From positions 1 through 53,163 of the forward strand of contig JAADVB010000122.1 in NCBI GenBank assembly GCA_023334545.1: 53,163 nt of DNA, read 5' to 3'. Position 1 is the first letter of the stretch; the number at the start of each line of letters is the position of its first letter. The DNA is from Salisapilia sapeloensis CBS 127946 (taxonomy: Eukaryota > Protista > Oomycota). A program made the translations under genes and the position numbers. The notes below the pieces were generated by a model. The model had not been told where the DNA came from and did not search any database. It worked only from the letters and a program-made list of their open reading frames with translations. Below, in pieces: positions 50,896-53,163 of this stretch.

Positions 50896-53163
50896 ATGGC
50901 AGGCACAAAGTCTGACTTGGCCTCACGCCGAACGACATTTGCGTTCATTCGAACGCTTTTAGGCAAAAACTGGGTACTCAAGAAACGGCATCCGATCGTC
51001 ACGTTCTTTGAAATATGTCTGCCCATGGCTTTTATTGTGCTCATGGGCGGATTGAAACACTTGACGGATGATGTGCAAGTTCCTGCGGGGTTTAGCACGG
51101 CTACGCGGACTCCGACCAACGACGAGATCGGGACGTCGTATAATTTGTTTGCGACCAACCAAACGGAATCAGTCGAATGGTACCCTGGTGGACGATTGCC
51201 TCTGTTTTACCAAACTGAGACGTCGATCCCTGGTCTATTGCTCTTTATGAATTTACTGTCTTACAAAGATGGTATTCGATTGAACGAGTTGTCCGAAGAG
51301 GATCGAGCTACTTGTCAACGAGGTATTCTCACGCAAGGTTTAGTTTCAACGGATGAGGACTCGCCATATCGCGTACCGGAAGAGTGTGGTGGTAGGGTTT
51401 CGCCATACAAGATTGGTATTGCTCCAGACAATGCCTTTACTCGCAACTACTTTTTAAAGACCGTGGAGGAATGGTATCCGCGAATCACTGTCCTCAACTC
51501 TTCGGAGATGGCCGTGACGCTTCCGTCGCTTGCCGACAGTGTCAAGTTTTTCGACTCTAATGAAGCGTTTGAAGATTATGTTTCGGGCAATAACTACGGC
51601 GAAGGTTTGGAGAACCCGAAAATTTACGGTGGTATCGTCTTCGACAACATTCCCGATGAAAATCAGATTGGCTCCTTTTCGGACATTGAGTACTCACTTC
51701 GACTCAACTCCACCCCTGGAGAGCGAGGCATACCTGGGAAGATCCCGCGTACAAACGGTGATCCTCCTCAACTTTTTAAATTCCAAAAATCGCTGAAGAA
51801 GGAGTACTACACTCGGTACGCACTGACTGGATTCATGACACTCCAAACGCTTGTCTCTCGGTTCGTAAACTGTATGCCGGAGTGGGATGCGACCAATAAA
51901 TCAACAACCGGTGAGTGTCAACAGACGGAGTCGACGGCAACGTCAAGTCCGGAAGTGGATGCAGCATTGATGGAATATCTTCAGAATGACATGATGATAT
52001 CTACAACGCTGAATCAGTTGCTCGGTCAAACCGGCATAGACGTACCGGACATATCCACATTGTTCTCGTTGCTGCCAAATACGACAACGGAGCAGTTTTT
52101 CCGACCTCTTCGTCAAGCGCCTCAGCCTTACCTTGGAGGAACTATTGCTCCGTTCCCGATTGAAGAGTACGTGAACTCGGAATTTTTCGAAAGCATTTCG
52201 AACGTATTCGCACTCGTCTTCATGCTGTCATACTTGTTTTTGGCATCTCGTATCCTCGTTGTCTTCATCCTTGAGAAGGAAACTCGTATGCGAGAGTTCA
52301 TGAAGATCCTTGGAGTACGTGAACGTGCGATCGTGGTGTCATGGTTTATCACGTACATCATTGTCATCTTCATCGCATCCGTCTTGCAAGCAATCGGAGG
52401 TCTTGCTGGCCTCTTCACGAACAGCAATTTGTTCCTGATCTTTCTCTTCTTCTTCCTCTTCGGTTTAACCGTTCTCGCGTACGGATACCTCGTCAGTACG
52501 ATCTTTAGCAAGTCGCGAACTGGTACGTACATTGGCATGGTCGTCTTCTTCATCATGTACTTTGTGTCTGCTGCCATCACTCCGGAGACGAGTCAAGGAA
52601 CGCGCATCGGTATGAGTGTCCTGTCACCCGTAGCACTTGCTCTTGGAGCAAATACGCTTTCGGACCTTGAGTCCACTGGTCAAGGTCTGAACTTTGAAAG
52701 CATGAGCTCGTTGAACGAGAACTTCCGCTTCACGTCAGCACTGTACATGTTCATCTTTGATGCTGTCCTGTACACTCTGATCGGTCTCTATTTGGAGCGT
52801 GTCATCCCGAAAGACTATGGAGTCACATTGAAGTGGTACTTCCCAGTATCACCTTCCTACTGGCGCAGTCGTCGCAATGATTCAAACGACAAGTCAGGGC
52901 AGATGAACGCAGCTTTACTGGATGGTGAGGTCGATGAGGTTCCGAATGATAGTTTTGAGCCTGTTCCGACGGAATTGAAGGAACAAGCGAGAGGAGGTGA
53001 TGCTCTTTCAGTCAAACATCTTCGCAAAGTTTTCTCTGTACCCGGTGGCGAGAAAGTGGCTGTTAAAGGCATGGATCTTGTCATGTACAAGAACCAGATC
53101 ACGTGTCTACTCGGTCACAACGGAGCAGGCAAAACCACCTTGATCTCCATGCTAACGGGTATG
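50896..53163 (+). CDS. ABCA: ABC transporter subfamily A (5' part, truncated by the window end; absent from the ORF track)
   Basis: 756 open codons: LLGKNWVLKKRHP...EICLP, Y...GF.TLQ, EKETRMREFMKILG, a TM bundle, YLERVIPKDYG...WYF, and Walker A LLGHNGAGKTTLISMLTG at the edge. Confidence 0.93.
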   Translation, partial: MAGTKSDLASRRTTFAFIRTLLGKNWVLKKRHPIVTFFEICLPMAFIVLMGGLKHLTDDVQVPAGFSTATRTPTNDEIGTSYNLFATNQTESVEWYPGGRLPLFYQTETSIPGLLLFMNLLSYKDGIRLNELSEEDRATCQRGILTQGLVSTDEDSPYRVPEECGGRVSPYKIGIAPDNAFTRNYFLKTVEEWYPRITVLNSSEMAVTLPSLADSVKFFDSNEAFEDYVSGNNYGEGLENPKIYGGIVFDNIPDENQIGSFSDIEYSLRLNSTPGERGIPGKIPRTNGDPPQLFKFQKSLKKEYYTRYALTGFMTLQTLVSRFVNCMPEWDATNKSTTGECQQTESTATSSPEVDAALMEYLQNDMMISTTLNQLLGQTGIDVPDISTLFSLLPNTTTEQFFRPLRQAPQPYLGGTIAPFPIEEYVNSEFFESISNVFALVFMLSYLFLASRILVVFILEKETRMREFMKILGVRERAIVVSWFITYIIVIFIASVLQAIGGLAGLFTNSNLFLIFLFFFLFGLTVLAYGYLVSTIFSKSRTGTYIGMVVFFIMYFVSAAITPETSQGTRIGMSVLSPVALALGANTLSDLESTGQGLNFESMSSLNENFRFTSALYMFIFDAVLYTLIGLYLERVIPKDYGVTLKWYFPVSPSYWRSRRNDSNDKSGQMNAALLDGEVDEVPNDSFEPVPTELKEQARGGDALSVKHLRKVFSVPGGEKVAVKGMDLVMYKNQITCLLGHNGAGKTTLISMLTGM

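Overview
This is eukaryotic, gene-dense genomic DNA with short GT-AG introns (49-97 nt in the models I built by hand). The gene content points to an oomycete: aspartic protease-GPCR fusion, PH-domain MAPK, START+FYVE and bZIP+START family members, and four exact Inr/FPR core-promoter matches. The species cannot be determined from the sequence alone. I support 26 protein-coding genes, one of them an ABCA transporter cut by the window edge that the ORF track misses. I also see a probable pseudogene, a degenerate dispersed repeat in two copies and a small tandem repeat. I found no rRNA, tRNA or CRISPR features. The most striking observation appears only after splicing two separately listed ORFs. 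A canonical 75-nt intron joins a pogo/Brinker-type HTH DNA-binding domain in frame to a catalytically degenerate prephenate-dehydratase (PDT) plus ACT module (15183-16666, minus strand, 431 aa). This is a candidate aromatic-amino-acid-sensing transcription factor. Other unusual architectures are a cytidine deaminase-SAM-EF-hand-Tudor giant protein, a DUF924-TilS fusion, a C2H2 factor with His/Cys metal-binding repeats, a bZIP-START factor, a secreted M13 pseudo-peptidase (HExxH changed to REVTH) and a GPI-type tyrosinase on a long acidic stalk. All domain calls come from motif recognition by eye; no database search was run.
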